In this document: positions 32,345 to 41,308 of the stretch, one piece after another
Layout: every line of letters begins with the position of its first letter
Numbering within the stretch: position 1 is the first letter of the stretch
From: an uncultured Clostridium sp.
GTDB taxonomy: Bacteria; Bacillota; Clostridia; Ch29
Direction of reading: 5' to 3'
Length of the DNA: 64,000 bases
NCBI GenBank assembly: GCA_964625335.1
Contig: CAZVBE010000009.1
Location: 13,494-77,493 of the forward strand
Made by a program: the position numbers and the translations under genes
Notes under the pieces: generated by a model
What the model was told of the DNA's origin: nothing
The model's database searches: none
The model's input: the letters and a program-made list of their open reading frames with translations, nothing else

Positions 32345-32905
32345 ATGAAGACCAGGGAAATGATACTGGTATCTATGTTCGCCGCACTTACTGCCATTTT
32401 CGCACAGTTTACAATCCCGCTTCCCTTCAGCCCGGTACCTATAACGATGCAGGAACTGGCGGTATGCCTCGCCGCGGCAATACTCGGGAGCCGGCTGGCA
32501 GTACTCTCTCAGCTAATATACATAGCAGTCGGAATAATCGGAATGCCCGTTTTCTCCGGGGGCACCTCCGGTCTTGCCCAGTTGATGGGCCCTACCGGGG
32601 GCTATATAACAGGTTTTTTGCTCTCTTCCTTCGTCATCGGAAGGATTGTGGAGCAAAGGCCCCTTCCCACGGTACGCAGAACCTTTCTTGCCATGCTGTG
32701 CGGCCTGCTTGTAATCTATACCTGCGGCATGCTCCAACTCTCGCTGGTAGCGGGAATAACCCTTAAGGCCGCTTTTATGTCCGGAGTAGTTCCCTTTATA
32801 GGCATGGCCATTATTAAGATAGTCCTGGGCGCAACCGTTGCCCGCTCGGTAAGGACAGTTCTGATAAGACAAAACCTCTTATACATGCCGCGTCAAAATA
32901 TTTAA
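32345..32905 (+). CDS. bioY: Biotin transporter BioY (ECF S-component)
   Basis: ATG at 32345, 10 nt after GGAGG. MKTREMILVSMFAALTAIFAQFTIPLPFSPVPITMQ... has the BioY signature. Confidence 0.9.
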   Translation: MKTREMILVSMFAALTAIFAQFTIPLPFSPVPITMQELAVCLAAAILGSRLAVLSQLIYIAVGIIGMPVFSGGTSGLAQLMGPTGGYITGFLLSSFVIGRIVEQRPLPTVRRTFLAMLCGLLVIYTCGMLQLSLVAGITLKAAFMSGVVPFIGMAIIKIVLGATVARSVRTVLIRQNLLYMPRQNI

Positions 32906-32906
32906 T

Positions 32907-32945
32907 GTTAACGGCCCTCATGAAATCCGCGGGCCTTTTTTTAGT
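32907..32945 (+). terminator. Putative terminator after bioY
   Basis: A short GC stem ggccc...gggcc followed by T7. Confidence 0.5.
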
Positions 32946-32974
32946 TGCATAAATTTTATGAAACCACCTGCTAT

Positions 32975-33087
32975 TGTGGATAAGTATTTTACTGTTTCCA
33001 CACCTTATCCACAATGTCCACATTATTATCCACAAGAATACAAGGGGTCTTAGAAATTTTCAGGAAGGCATGTCCACATTATCCACA
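32975..33087. promoter_or_regulatory. DnaA-box cluster: 4 perfect TTATCCACA boxes plus 2 near-boxes
   Basis: Perfect boxes at 32975-32983 (reverse), 33005-33013, 33026-33034 and 33079-33087. tGTCCACA variants lie at 33015 and 33071. The cluster sits immediately downstream of tsaD. Confidence 0.8.
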
Positions 33088-33146
33088 TATTTCACATATG
33101 ATTTATTGACATGAACCGTCCAAAAAGGTAAACATAAACCGATTAA

Positions 33147-34214
33147 TTAATAAGAATCAATTTCCATTGATGCCATGGCATTTAACGTGAGAGAGCTTAC
33201 CAGCCCCCTGCGCAGCCTGTAATAACCGGCACATCCAATCATGGCAGCATTGTCGGTGCAAAGCAGCTTTGAAGGATATATAAGCCGTATGCCCTGTCCG
33301 GCACACCGGCTGTCCAACTCCTTACGCAGCCGGCTGTTTGACGCCACTCCGCCTGCAATGGCCACAACCTTGGCTTTGCATTTTTGGGCAGCCATAAGCG
33401 TCTTGTTGGCAAGCACCTCCACCACGGCATTTTGAAAACTGGCGGCTATATCGGCTCTGTTTATTTCCTCGTCCCTTTGCCTGCACATATTGAGGTGGTT
33501 AAGAACCGCAGTCTTAAGACCGCTGAAACTAAAATCCAAGCTCCCTGCCTCGAGGTAAGTCCTGGGAAAATCCACCGCCTCCGGGTCTCCCTTTTCGGCA
33601 AGCCTTTCAACCAGCGGCCCGCCGGGATATCCCAGTTCCAAAGCCCGGGCAACCTTGTCAAAGGCTTCGCCTGCCGCATCATCCCTCGTTCTGCCCAGTA
33701 TCTGATATTCGCCGTACTCCCTTACATTCACCAGATGGCTGTGACCTCCGGAAGCCACCAGACATACAAAGGGCGGCTCCATAGCCCTGTGTTCAAGATA
33801 ATTGGCGCAAATATGCCCCTCTATGTGATGAACGCCGGTAAGGGGTACATCCAGGGCAAAGGCCATCGCCTTGGCATACGAAACCCCCACCAGCAGTGCG
33901 CCTACCAGACCCGGACCGTGGGTTACTGCTATGGCGTCAATATCCTGCAGCCTGGTGTGTGCCATTTGCAGTGCCTCCTCTATAACATAGTCAATCAGTT
34001 CGATATGCTTTCTGGAGGCGATCTCAGGAACCACTCCACCGTACCTTTTATGTATATCCACCTGCGACGAAATGACGTTTGACAGCATCTCCCTGCCGTT
34101 GAAAATTACCGCACAGGAAGTTTCATCGCACGAAGTCTCTACTGCCAGGATTTTTGTGTCTTCCCTGCCATCAAATTTATTAAGTTTTTCTGCTGCCCTT
34201 TGTATATAACCCAT
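33147..34214 (-). CDS. tsaD: tRNA N6-adenosine threonylcarbamoyltransferase TsaD (Gcp/Kae1 family)
   Basis: ORF 33147..34259. The start is placed at the ATG at 34214, with a GGAGAAGGAG SD. The only in-frame start gives [33 protein letters not shown]... It has the H..H metal site and the GGVASN motif. Confidence 0.93.
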   Translation of the reverse strand: MGYIQRAAEKLNKFDGREDTKILAVETSCDETSCAVIFNGREMLSNVISSQVDIHKRYGGVVPEIASRKHIELIDYVIEEALQMAHTRLQDIDAIAVTHGPGLVGALLVGVSYAKAMAFALDVPLTGVHHIEGHICANYLEHRAMEPPFVCLVASGGHSHLVNVREYGEYQILGRTRDDAAGEAFDKVARALELGYPGGPLVERLAEKGDPEAVDFPRTYLEAGSLDFSFSGLKTAVLNHLNMCRQRDEEINRADIAASFQNAVVEVLANKTLMAAQKCKAKVVAIAGGVASNSRLRKELDSRCAGQGIRLIYPSKLLCTDNAAMIGCAGYYRLRRGLVSSLTLNAMASMEIDSY

Positions 34215-34248
34215 CAGCTTTCTCCTTCTCCAGAAATTCACATATATA

Positions 34249-34428
34249 TTATACACCATGGCGGTAAAAGATAAAAATATCGCACTCTCCGTCGTTCCAG
34301 TTTACACAAAACCGGCAGTCCGGGTAATAAATGGTATCAAGATTGTTCAATAAGGATATGCCGAAATTCTGGCTTTCGGCAACAGAGCAGTATTCGGGGC
34401 ACCTGGAAGCTATATCTTTATGTTTCAT
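34249..34428 (-). CDS. Small cysteine-rich hypothetical protein (59 aa)
   Basis: Internal ATG at 34428 with an [35 protein letters not shown]...[23 protein letters not shown] contains 6 Cys. Confidence 0.45.
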   Translation of the reverse strand: MKHKDIASRCPEYCSVAESQNFGISLLNNLDTIYYPDCRFCVNWNDGECDIFIFYRHGV

Positions 34429-34503
34429 ACAACCACCTTCCTTAAGCCGTTTGGTATTAGCTTCTGTAGCCGGGAATATAATATACCCCAAACCTCATCA
34501 GCC

Positions 34504-34543
34504 GGGGACTTTCCGCAGCGATATGTCCCTATTGATAAATCAG
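34504..34543 (+). repeat. Copy of the GGGGAC...ATGTCCC.ATTGA element
   Basis: GGGGACTTTCCGCAGCGATATGTCCCTATTGATAAATCAG aligns with GGGGACACACCGCAGTATGTCCCCGATTGACAG at 61859. It ends 18 nt before the ATG of the next small gene. Confidence 0.8.
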
Positions 34544-34561
34544 CAAAAGGAGGGAAGTAAT

Positions 34562-34768
34562 ATGGCAAAGCAAAGAAAAACCCTGACCGAAAGGGCCTAT
34601 GGAACGAATGTGCTGTCTGATGCGGCTCTTTCCAGAATAGAGAGCCTGCAGGGCACAAACCTTATGCCTCAAAACACCGACTTTGAACAGCTGAAAAGTC
34701 TGGCAGGTCCCGAAAAAGAAAAAAATTCCTCGCTCCCGGAGGGTGAGGATGATCCGGACGGGAAGTGA
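34562..34768 (+). CDS. Small hypothetical protein (68 aa)
   Basis: ATG at 34562, 7 nt after the strong SD AAAAGGAGGG. MAKQRKTLTERAYGTNVLSDAALSRIESLQGTN... It is convergent with rimI. Confidence 0.55.
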   Translation: MAKQRKTLTERAYGTNVLSDAALSRIESLQGTNLMPQNTDFEQLKSLAGPEKEKNSSLPEGEDDPDGK

Positions 34769-34812
34769 CATGCTGCCACCCGCAGGGGCAGACAGTCTGA
34801 TGTCACGGTAAA

Positions 34813-35259
34813 TCAGACCTCAAGCCACATAATAATAGCGTCTTCATTGATATCCGAATAATACCCCTTTCTAATGCCCGCCTTAACGAACCCCAAATCC
34901 TCATACAGCTTTAAGGCAATGTGATTGCTTGCCCTTACCTCAAGGGTAAAGCTGTCTATTTTACGGGAAATGCCGTATTCAATCATCCCCCTAATGAGTA
35001 TTTTGCCTATTCCTTTGCGCCGGTACTCCGGATGCACCGCGAGATTTGTGATATGAGCCTCATTAAGGATAAGCCACATCCCCCCATAGGCTGCCACCCT
35101 GCTGTTGTCCCTGACAGTAATGTAATGGGCAAACCTGTTGGCGGTCAGCTCCTGTACAAAGGCCTCCCTTGACCAGGGTATTGTAAAGCTCAGGCTTTCT
35201 ATTTCCTGTATCTGGTCCAGGTCTTCGATAAGCATTGGCATTATCCGAAGCTCCTTCAT
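34813..35259 (-). CDS. rimI: Ribosomal-protein-alanine N-acetyltransferase
   Basis: 148-aa GNAT protein with the acetyl-CoA motif RRKGIGKILI. It overlaps the tsaB stop. Confidence 0.88.
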   Translation of the reverse strand: MKELRIMPMLIEDLDQIQEIESLSFTIPWSREAFVQELTANRFAHYITVRDNSRVAAYGGMWLILNEAHITNLAVHPEYRRKGIGKILIRGMIEYGISRKIDSFTLEVRASNHIALKLYEDLGFVKAGIRKGYYSDINEDAIIMWLEV

Positions 35260-35972
35260 TTCTTATCTCTCCTGCAAACCTTTTTATCATATTCCCTCTC
35301 GGCCTGGGATTTTCTCAGGTAGAAGGGCACAAACCCGTCACCGCTCCCGCCTTCTCCGCGTTTTAAGGCCTCCATCGCCAGCTCCGCTATCGAAGATGCC
35401 CTTTGCCTGTCGGCGTTCCGGGGAGCGAACCGGGCCCGAACTCCCAGTGTGCTTTGAATGAGTTCCCGGTGTACCGGGACCCCATCCCCTAAGAATATCA
35501 CCATTTCCTCCCTTGCCTTGAGTCCTTCCAGCAGCTCGGACAGGGCCACAGCGCAGTGGGGTTTTAATTTATAGAAATTTCCCTGGTCCCATTTGTATAA
35601 AGCCGTATATACCTGGTTTCTCCTGGCATCCATTATGGGACATATTATTCCCTGACAGTAGGGAAGGTTGAAAGCCAAACCGTCAAGGGTAGGAACCCCT
35701 ATCAGTTTTTTGTTATGGGCATGGGCCAGTCCCTTTGCAGTGGCGCCGCCTATCCTAAGGCCTGTGAAGGAGCCGGGTCCGCTGGATACCGCAATTGCGT
35801 CAATTTCCTCTATATTTATCCCGCAGCTTTCCAGCAGTTCCTCAATAATCGGCATAAGCTGCTCCGAATGGGTCTTTTCATGATTAATTATGTACTCGGC
35901 CGCCAGCTTTTCCTCATCCATTATGGCAGCGGAAGCCACCATTGAAGAAGTATCAATCGCCAGTATTTTCAT
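35256..35972 (-). CDS. tsaB: tRNA threonylcarbamoyladenosine biosynthesis protein TsaB (YeaZ)
   Basis: 238-aa ORF MKILAIDTSSMVASAAIMDEEK... with the inactive Kae1/YgjD-like fold. Confidence 0.9.
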   Translation of the reverse strand: MKILAIDTSSMVASAAIMDEEKLAAEYIINHEKTHSEQLMPIIEELLESCGINIEEIDAIAVSSGPGSFTGLRIGGATAKGLAHAHNKKLIGVPTLDGLAFNLPYCQGIICPIMDARRNQVYTALYKWDQGNFYKLKPHCAVALSELLEGLKAREEMVIFLGDGVPVHRELIQSTLGVRARFAPRNADRQRASSIAELAMEALKRGEGGSGDGFVPFYLRKSQAEREYDKKVCRRDKK

Positions 35973-36432
35973 TTCTTCTCACCCTTTCCACAAGCGTCCG
36001 GTATATTTCTCCCGCCGTCAGTTCTATAAACCTTGCAGATTCGGATTCTGCCAGCCTCGCCAGCCCTATCCTGATGCAGTCCCGGGGCATCAGGTTCTTT
36101 GCCCGGGATGCCCATTCGATTACCGATACCCCCTGTCCATATATGAGGTCTTCTCCGCCGATATGATACAGCTCCTCCTCATCCTCCAGACGGTAAAGGT
36201 CAAAATGGTACAGCGGAATTGTCCCGGAATACTCGTTGATAAGCGTATAGGTAGGGCTGGTAACATAGCAGTCGATATCCATGCCTTTGGCAATGCCCTG
36301 GGTTAATACCGTTTTACCTGCGCCAAGTTCTCCCTCAAGGCATACCACATCGCCGGGCTCTAACAGCTGTCCCAGACGCATTCCAAACTCCAAAGTGTCC
36401 CGGGGACAGGTACTGACAAAAGAATATTTCAT
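35953..36432 (-). CDS. tsaE: tRNA threonylcarbamoyladenosine biosynthesis ATPase TsaE (YjeE)
   Basis: 159-aa ORF with the P-loop GELGAGKT. Confidence 0.9.
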   Translation of the reverse strand: MKYSFVSTCPRDTLEFGMRLGQLLEPGDVVCLEGELGAGKTVLTQGIAKGMDIDCYVTSPTYTLINEYSGTIPLYHFDLYRLEDEEELYHIGGEDLIYGQGVSVIEWASRAKNLMPRDCIRIGLARLAESESARFIELTAGEIYRTLVERVRRNENTGD

Positions 36433-37602
36433 TCAAGACACACCCCTGAAAACTATTTTTCCGTTTACCAATACATACCGGGTTCTTGTAGTATAACCAA
36501 AGGGGTGCCCGTTAAATACCGCTATATCTGCATCCTTCCCGGTTGAGAGGCTTCCTACCCTGTCGTCTACTCCGGCGATTCTCGCCGCATTTATCGTGAT
36601 GGCCTCAAGGGCTTTGTACTCATCCATACCCTCCTTCACTGCAAGGGCTGCGCATACCGGCAGATACTGTATGGGCACCACCGGATGGTCTGTCATTATG
36701 GCTATATCCAATCCCGCCGAGGACAAAATGCCCGGCGTTTTAAAGGTAAGGTCCCTTAGTTCGTACTTTGACCGGGAAGTAAGACCCGGCCCAACTACCA
36801 CACCCCTACCCTCCTGTACAAGGGTTTCGGTTATCCTGTGGCCCTCGGTGCAGTGCTCTATGGTCATATCCACATCAAACTCCCGGGCTATCCTAAGGGC
36901 TGTCAGAATATCGTCCGCCCTGTGGGCATGAGCCTTTAGAGGCAGTTCCTTTTTTAAGACTTTAACAAGCGCTTCCATTTTTACATCCAACTCGGGAGCT
37001 TTGTCACCCTTCCCGTCCCTTTCAATCTTCTCCATATACCTTTTTGCCTTCATAAGGGCTTCCCGCAAAAGGGCTGCCGTTGCCATCCGGGTCATTGGGG
37101 ATGCCTTTTTTTCGTGATACACCCTTTTGGGGTTCTCGCCAAAGGCGCATTTTATCGCAACGGGGTTTTTGATAACCATATCATCCACCCTACTGCCTAC
37201 GGTTTTTATTGCCGTAAATTCGCCCCCAAGCACATTTGCACTGCCCGGGCCTGTAACCACGGTGGTTACACCGCCGGCAACCGCTTCTCCAAAGGATTTG
37301 TCCATGGGGTTTATAGCATCTATAGCCCTTAAATGGGGCGTAATGGGGTCTGTCATTTCATTGCCGTCTTCACCCTCAAAACCTATACCGTCTTCAAACA
37401 GGCCAATATGACAGTGGGCATCCACAAAACCCGGCATTACATACATGCCGGCCGCATCAATGACCTGCCCGGCTTTTCCCTCCCACAGCCCGGGGTCCCC
37501 CGGCCCCACTTCTTTTATCTTGCCGTTTTCTATAAGAATATATCCCCTTTCAAGGGTTTGCCCGTTCATTGTATAAACCTTACCGTTTTTTATTAATATC
37601 AT
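36433..37602 (-). CDS. Amidohydrolase-family metallo-dependent hydrolase
   Basis: 389-aa ORF with the N-terminal HxH (FVDAHCHIG) metal ligand motif and a later HAH motif. A GGAGG SD is present. Confidence 0.8.
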   Translation of the reverse strand: MILIKNGKVYTMNGQTLERGYILIENGKIKEVGPGDPGLWEGKAGQVIDAAGMYVMPGFVDAHCHIGLFEDGIGFEGEDGNEMTDPITPHLRAIDAINPMDKSFGEAVAGGVTTVVTGPGSANVLGGEFTAIKTVGSRVDDMVIKNPVAIKCAFGENPKRVYHEKKASPMTRMATAALLREALMKAKRYMEKIERDGKGDKAPELDVKMEALVKVLKKELPLKAHAHRADDILTALRIAREFDVDMTIEHCTEGHRITETLVQEGRGVVVGPGLTSRSKYELRDLTFKTPGILSSAGLDIAIMTDHPVVPIQYLPVCAALAVKEGMDEYKALEAITINAARIAGVDDRVGSLSTGKDADIAVFNGHPFGYTTRTRYVLVNGKIVFRGVS

Positions 37603-37651
37603 TTTTTATACCTCCGCATAATAAATCCAATCTCCCCTGTTACCTGCAGGG

Positions 37652-38977
37652 TTAATTTTCCTCCAACCGGTTGTATATATTCCGGCAGCCGGTTTCCTTA
37701 ATAAAAAATGTGCTTGCCACCGCAATCAGAACCGCTGCCGCACACAGGAACAGGGACTTACTGTGAGCCGCCTGGGAATATACCCTTATTCCGTTTGCCA
37801 TATCCCCGGTCCAGTTCAGGTCAAGCACATATCCCATAAGGGGCTGTAAGACCGAAGGGCCAAGAAATCCGCCTATATTGAGGGTTCCTATAGCTACCCC
37901 GGCAATCTGCGGAGGGTTAACCTCCTTGCCTACCGCCCATGTAATTACAAACCCGGCAGCGGAAAGACCCAGTAAAAAGAGCAGAGGGTAAAGGGCTTCG
38001 ACCGGCGGTTTCCCTTTATTCCACATTATAAACAAAGTCCATACCAGCAGATTGACTATGCCAAACCCTAATAAGGGACGTTTTCTTCTCCCCATCCTGT
38101 CGGATATCGTACCGGCCAAAAAGCTGCCAATCATTAATCCCGCCATCGCAGCCGTAATATATGATGAGGCCGTTGTCTTGTCAAAACCGTAAACATCCAT
38201 CATGTAGGGTACTCCCCACATACCGTTAAAGGATAAAATAGCCCCGGCAAATCCTGCAAATGCAACAAATCCCGGCCAGGTGTGCCTGTTGGCGGCTACA
38301 ATCCTGATACCCTCCAGTATTAGGGGCTTTTCAGAAGCAGCTTTAACCTCTTTACCCTCGATGGATGAAATATCCGGCAGTCCGATATCCGCGGGTCTGT
38401 TTCTTACAATAAGGTAGTTTAGTAACGAAATAATGATAGAAATAATACCTATCCAAATAAACACTGTTCTCCAGTCAAAGTACGCCACTGCCAGGGCAAG
38501 GGGTATTCCTGCCAGAAGGGCTCCCCCGTTGCCTATGAATGCTGTCAGACCCGATATGGTGGCAAATTCGCTTTCTTTGAACCATTCAGACTGAAACTTT
38601 AATATCGACACAAATATTACAGATACCCCAAGGCCTACCAGGAATCTTCCTGCGTATCCCATGTTGATGTTTGGCGCCAGACCAAATACAATGGAGCCTA
38701 TACCGGCCACCAGCGAGCCCGCGGCAACCGTCATCCTCGCCCCCAGTGTATCCGCAAGGACTCCCGAAGGTATCTGCATAACCATGTAAACATAAAAATA
38801 TACTGCTCCAAGGTTGCCAAGGGCGGCTCCTGTAACGCCGAACTCCGCCATAAGGTTGCCCGCCACCACTCCGGTGGCAATCCTGTGGAAAAATACTATT
38901 ACATAGGCAGTGCACATGATTCCCCATACCAGCCATCTATACCGGTAGCCTTTCTGTATATTACTGTTATCTGTCAA
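37652..38977 (-). CDS. MFS transporter
   Basis: 441 aa with 12 predicted TM helices. The MFS motif is GVLADTLGAR. A TTG start follows a GGAGGAGGGGA SD. Confidence 0.85.
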   Translation of the reverse strand: MTDNSNIQKGYRYRWLVWGIMCTAYVIVFFHRIATGVVAGNLMAEFGVTGAALGNLGAVYFYVYMVMQIPSGVLADTLGARMTVAAGSLVAGIGSIVFGLAPNINMGYAGRFLVGLGVSVIFVSILKFQSEWFKESEFATISGLTAFIGNGGALLAGIPLALAVAYFDWRTVFIWIGIISIIISLLNYLIVRNRPADIGLPDISSIEGKEVKAASEKPLILEGIRIVAANRHTWPGFVAFAGFAGAILSFNGMWGVPYMMDVYGFDKTTASSYITAAMAGLMIGSFLAGTISDRMGRRKRPLLGFGIVNLLVWTLFIMWNKGKPPVEALYPLLFLLGLSAAGFVITWAVGKEVNPPQIAGVAIGTLNIGGFLGPSVLQPLMGYVLDLNWTGDMANGIRVYSQAAHSKSLFLCAAAVLIAVASTFFIKETGCRNIYNRLEEN

Positions 38978-39024
38978 AGACTCCCCTCCTCCATCGGTTT
39001 GAAATCACTGTATATATTCAGCAC

Positions 39025-41187
39025 TTATGTCTGGTTAACCTGCTTCATGGAAAGGGATATTCTGTTCCTGTCGGCATCGACCTCCAGCACTCTTACCTTC
39101 ACAATATCTCCTACCGAAACCACATCCATGGGATTCCTGATATATCTGTCGCTGATCTCGGATATATGTACAAGCCCGTCCTGATGCACTCCTATATCTA
39201 CAAAAGCCCCAAAATCTATCACATTGCGCACCGTTCCTGTCAATAACATGCCCGGCCTCAAATCATCCAAAGTCATAACTTCCCTTAAAAACACCGGCCC
39301 CTGCATATCCTCCCTCGGGTCCCTGCCGGGTTTTATAAGCTCGCCTAATATATCCCTGAGGGTAGGAACGCCAATACCCAGTTCTTCCGCCACCTCGGTC
39401 ACGTTAATGTTATCCAACGATTTTCTGATACCCCTTACGGCCTCTGCCGTCATTGACTGTATATCATACCCAAGCCCTTTGATAAGCCCTATGGCAGCGG
39501 GATAGGATTCCGGGTGGACCGCAGTGGAATCCAGTATATTATCGGGGTTATCCACCCTTAAAAAGCCGGCGCATTGAACAAAGGTCTGCTCTCCCAGCCT
39601 CTTCACGCCTAAAAGTTGCTGCCGGTTGGTAAACCCGCCCAGTTCATCCCGTACCGATACGATATTCCCGGCCACCACCGGGCTTATACCCGAAACATAC
39701 AACAGCAGCGAATAGGATGCCGTATTAAGGTCTACCCCAACGCTGTTGACGCAATCCTCCACCACCGCCCCCAGCGTATCCGAGAGCCTTTTCTGGTTGA
39801 CGTCATGCTGGTACTGGCCTACCCCTACGTGTTTGGGATCTATTTTAACCAACTCTGCCAGCGGGTCCTGCAGCCTTCTTCCTATGGATATTGCGCCCCT
39901 TATAGAAACATTGATATCCGGATACTCCCGGGAGCCCAACTTGGATGCAGAATATACCGAAGCACCGGCTTCATTTACTATAACATACTTAACGTCCCTT
40001 TCCAGCCCGCCTATCAGTTCGGATACAAACAGCTCAGACTCCCGGGAGGCTGTTCCGTTGCCTATGGCTATAAGGTCCACCCCGTGCTTTTCAATGAGTC
40101 CCTTAAGCGTATCGGTTGCTTTTTGTTTGTCCTGCTGCGGAGGGGTGGGATATACGGTGGCGGTGTCTAATAGCTTTCCTGTGGCATCCACCACTGCGAT
40201 TTTGCACCCGGTCCTGTAAGCGGGGTCAAAACCCATAACCACTTTACCCTTTACCGGTGCCTGCATAAGCAGATTCTTAAGGTTTACGGCAAACACCTTT
40301 ATTGCCTGGTTCTCCGCCTTTTCGGTCAGCGTATTTCTAACCTCCCGCTCTATCGAAGGGCCTATCAGCCTTTTATATGCATCCTCCGCCGAATGGATAA
40401 GGTATGGTACGGTAATGCTTTTCCTGTTCAATATGAGTTTGTCCAGAATAAGGTTATGTATATCTTCCACCGGTGCTTCGATTTTCACCGAAAGCATTCC
40501 CTCGTTTTCACCCCTGTTTATCGCCAAAACCCTATGGGGCACTATCGAAGTGACCGGCTCGGTATAATCATAGTACATCTGGAAATCCGAAACCTCTTTG
40601 GTAGTCCCGCCAACCCGCAAAATACCCTTTCCGGCTGTCAGGCTCCTGATGGCTTTCCTTAATTCCGCATTATCCGAAATTGACTCGGCAATTATATCCA
40701 CAGCCCCTTCCAGGGCCTCCCGGGCTGTATTAACACCCTTTTCTTGGTCTGCATACTCAACGGCAATCTGCTCCATTTCACCTTCCATAAGCTGCTGGGA
40801 CAGCAATATGTCCGCCAGCGGTGCAAGCCCCTTCTCCCGGGCTGCCATTGCCCTTGTTCTCCTCTTGGGCCGGAAGGGCCTGTATATGTCCTCCACTTCC
40901 TGCAGGGTTTTCGAAGCGTTTATCTTTTGCTCAAGCTCTCCTGTCAGCTTGTCCTGCTCCTTAACAAGCCTTATAACCTCTTCTTTCCTGTTTTCCAGGC
41001 TCTTAAGATATTTCAGCCTGTCCGCCAGTTCCCTGAGTACGTCATCCGCCAGCCCTCCGGTCATCTCCTTGCGGTAGCGGGCAATAAACGGTATTGTATT
41101 CCCCTCGTCTATCAGATTTATTGTATTTTCAACCTGGAAACTTTTCAGGCCAAACTCCTCACACAGTCTTGCAGCAATTTCGCTCAT
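39025..41187 (-). CDS. tex: Transcription accessory protein Tex (S1 RNA-binding, YqgF/HhH domains)
   Basis: ORF 39025..41217. The start is placed at the ATG at 41187 (MSEIAARLCEEFGLKSFQVENTINLIDEGNTIPFIARYRKE...), 6 nt after AAGGAGG. It ends with a C-terminal S1 domain. Confidence 0.93.
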   Translation of the reverse strand: MSEIAARLCEEFGLKSFQVENTINLIDEGNTIPFIARYRKEMTGGLADDVLRELADRLKYLKSLENRKEEVIRLVKEQDKLTGELEQKINASKTLQEVEDIYRPFRPKRRTRAMAAREKGLAPLADILLSQQLMEGEMEQIAVEYADQEKGVNTAREALEGAVDIIAESISDNAELRKAIRSLTAGKGILRVGGTTKEVSDFQMYYDYTEPVTSIVPHRVLAINRGENEGMLSVKIEAPVEDIHNLILDKLILNRKSITVPYLIHSAEDAYKRLIGPSIEREVRNTLTEKAENQAIKVFAVNLKNLLMQAPVKGKVVMGFDPAYRTGCKIAVVDATGKLLDTATVYPTPPQQDKQKATDTLKGLIEKHGVDLIAIGNGTASRESELFVSELIGGLERDVKYVIVNEAGASVYSASKLGSREYPDINVSIRGAISIGRRLQDPLAELVKIDPKHVGVGQYQHDVNQKRLSDTLGAVVEDCVNSVGVDLNTASYSLLLYVSGISPVVAGNIVSVRDELGGFTNRQQLLGVKRLGEQTFVQCAGFLRVDNPDNILDSTAVHPESYPAAIGLIKGLGYDIQSMTAEAVRGIRKSLDNINVTEVAEELGIGVPTLRDILGELIKPGRDPREDMQGPVFLREVMTLDDLRPGMLLTGTVRNVIDFGAFVDIGVHQDGLVHISEISDRYIRNPMDVVSVGDIVKVRVLEVDADRNRISLSMKQVNQT

Positions 41188-41308
41188 GTACAGCCTCCTT
41201 ATTCGTTGATTATGCACAAAATATCAGCTCAAAAAAATACTATACGCAGCATTTTCGCATAAGTAGATTTACATGAAGCCAATAAATGCTTGTCTGCAAT
41301 CTGAAATG

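Noticed and set aside
34249-34428. Six-cysteine small peptide as a SCIFF-type RiPP precursor.
   Set aside because: There is no adjacent radical-SAM maturase, and the Cys spacing (CxxxC...CxxC...C) and length do not match SCIFF. It is kept as a hypothetical protein.
36395-36410. Palindrome GTGTCCCGGGGACAGG, resembling a head-to-tail junction of two repeat-family arms.
   Set aside because: It lies inside the tsaE coding sequence (codons STCPRDTL), so it is most likely coincidental.
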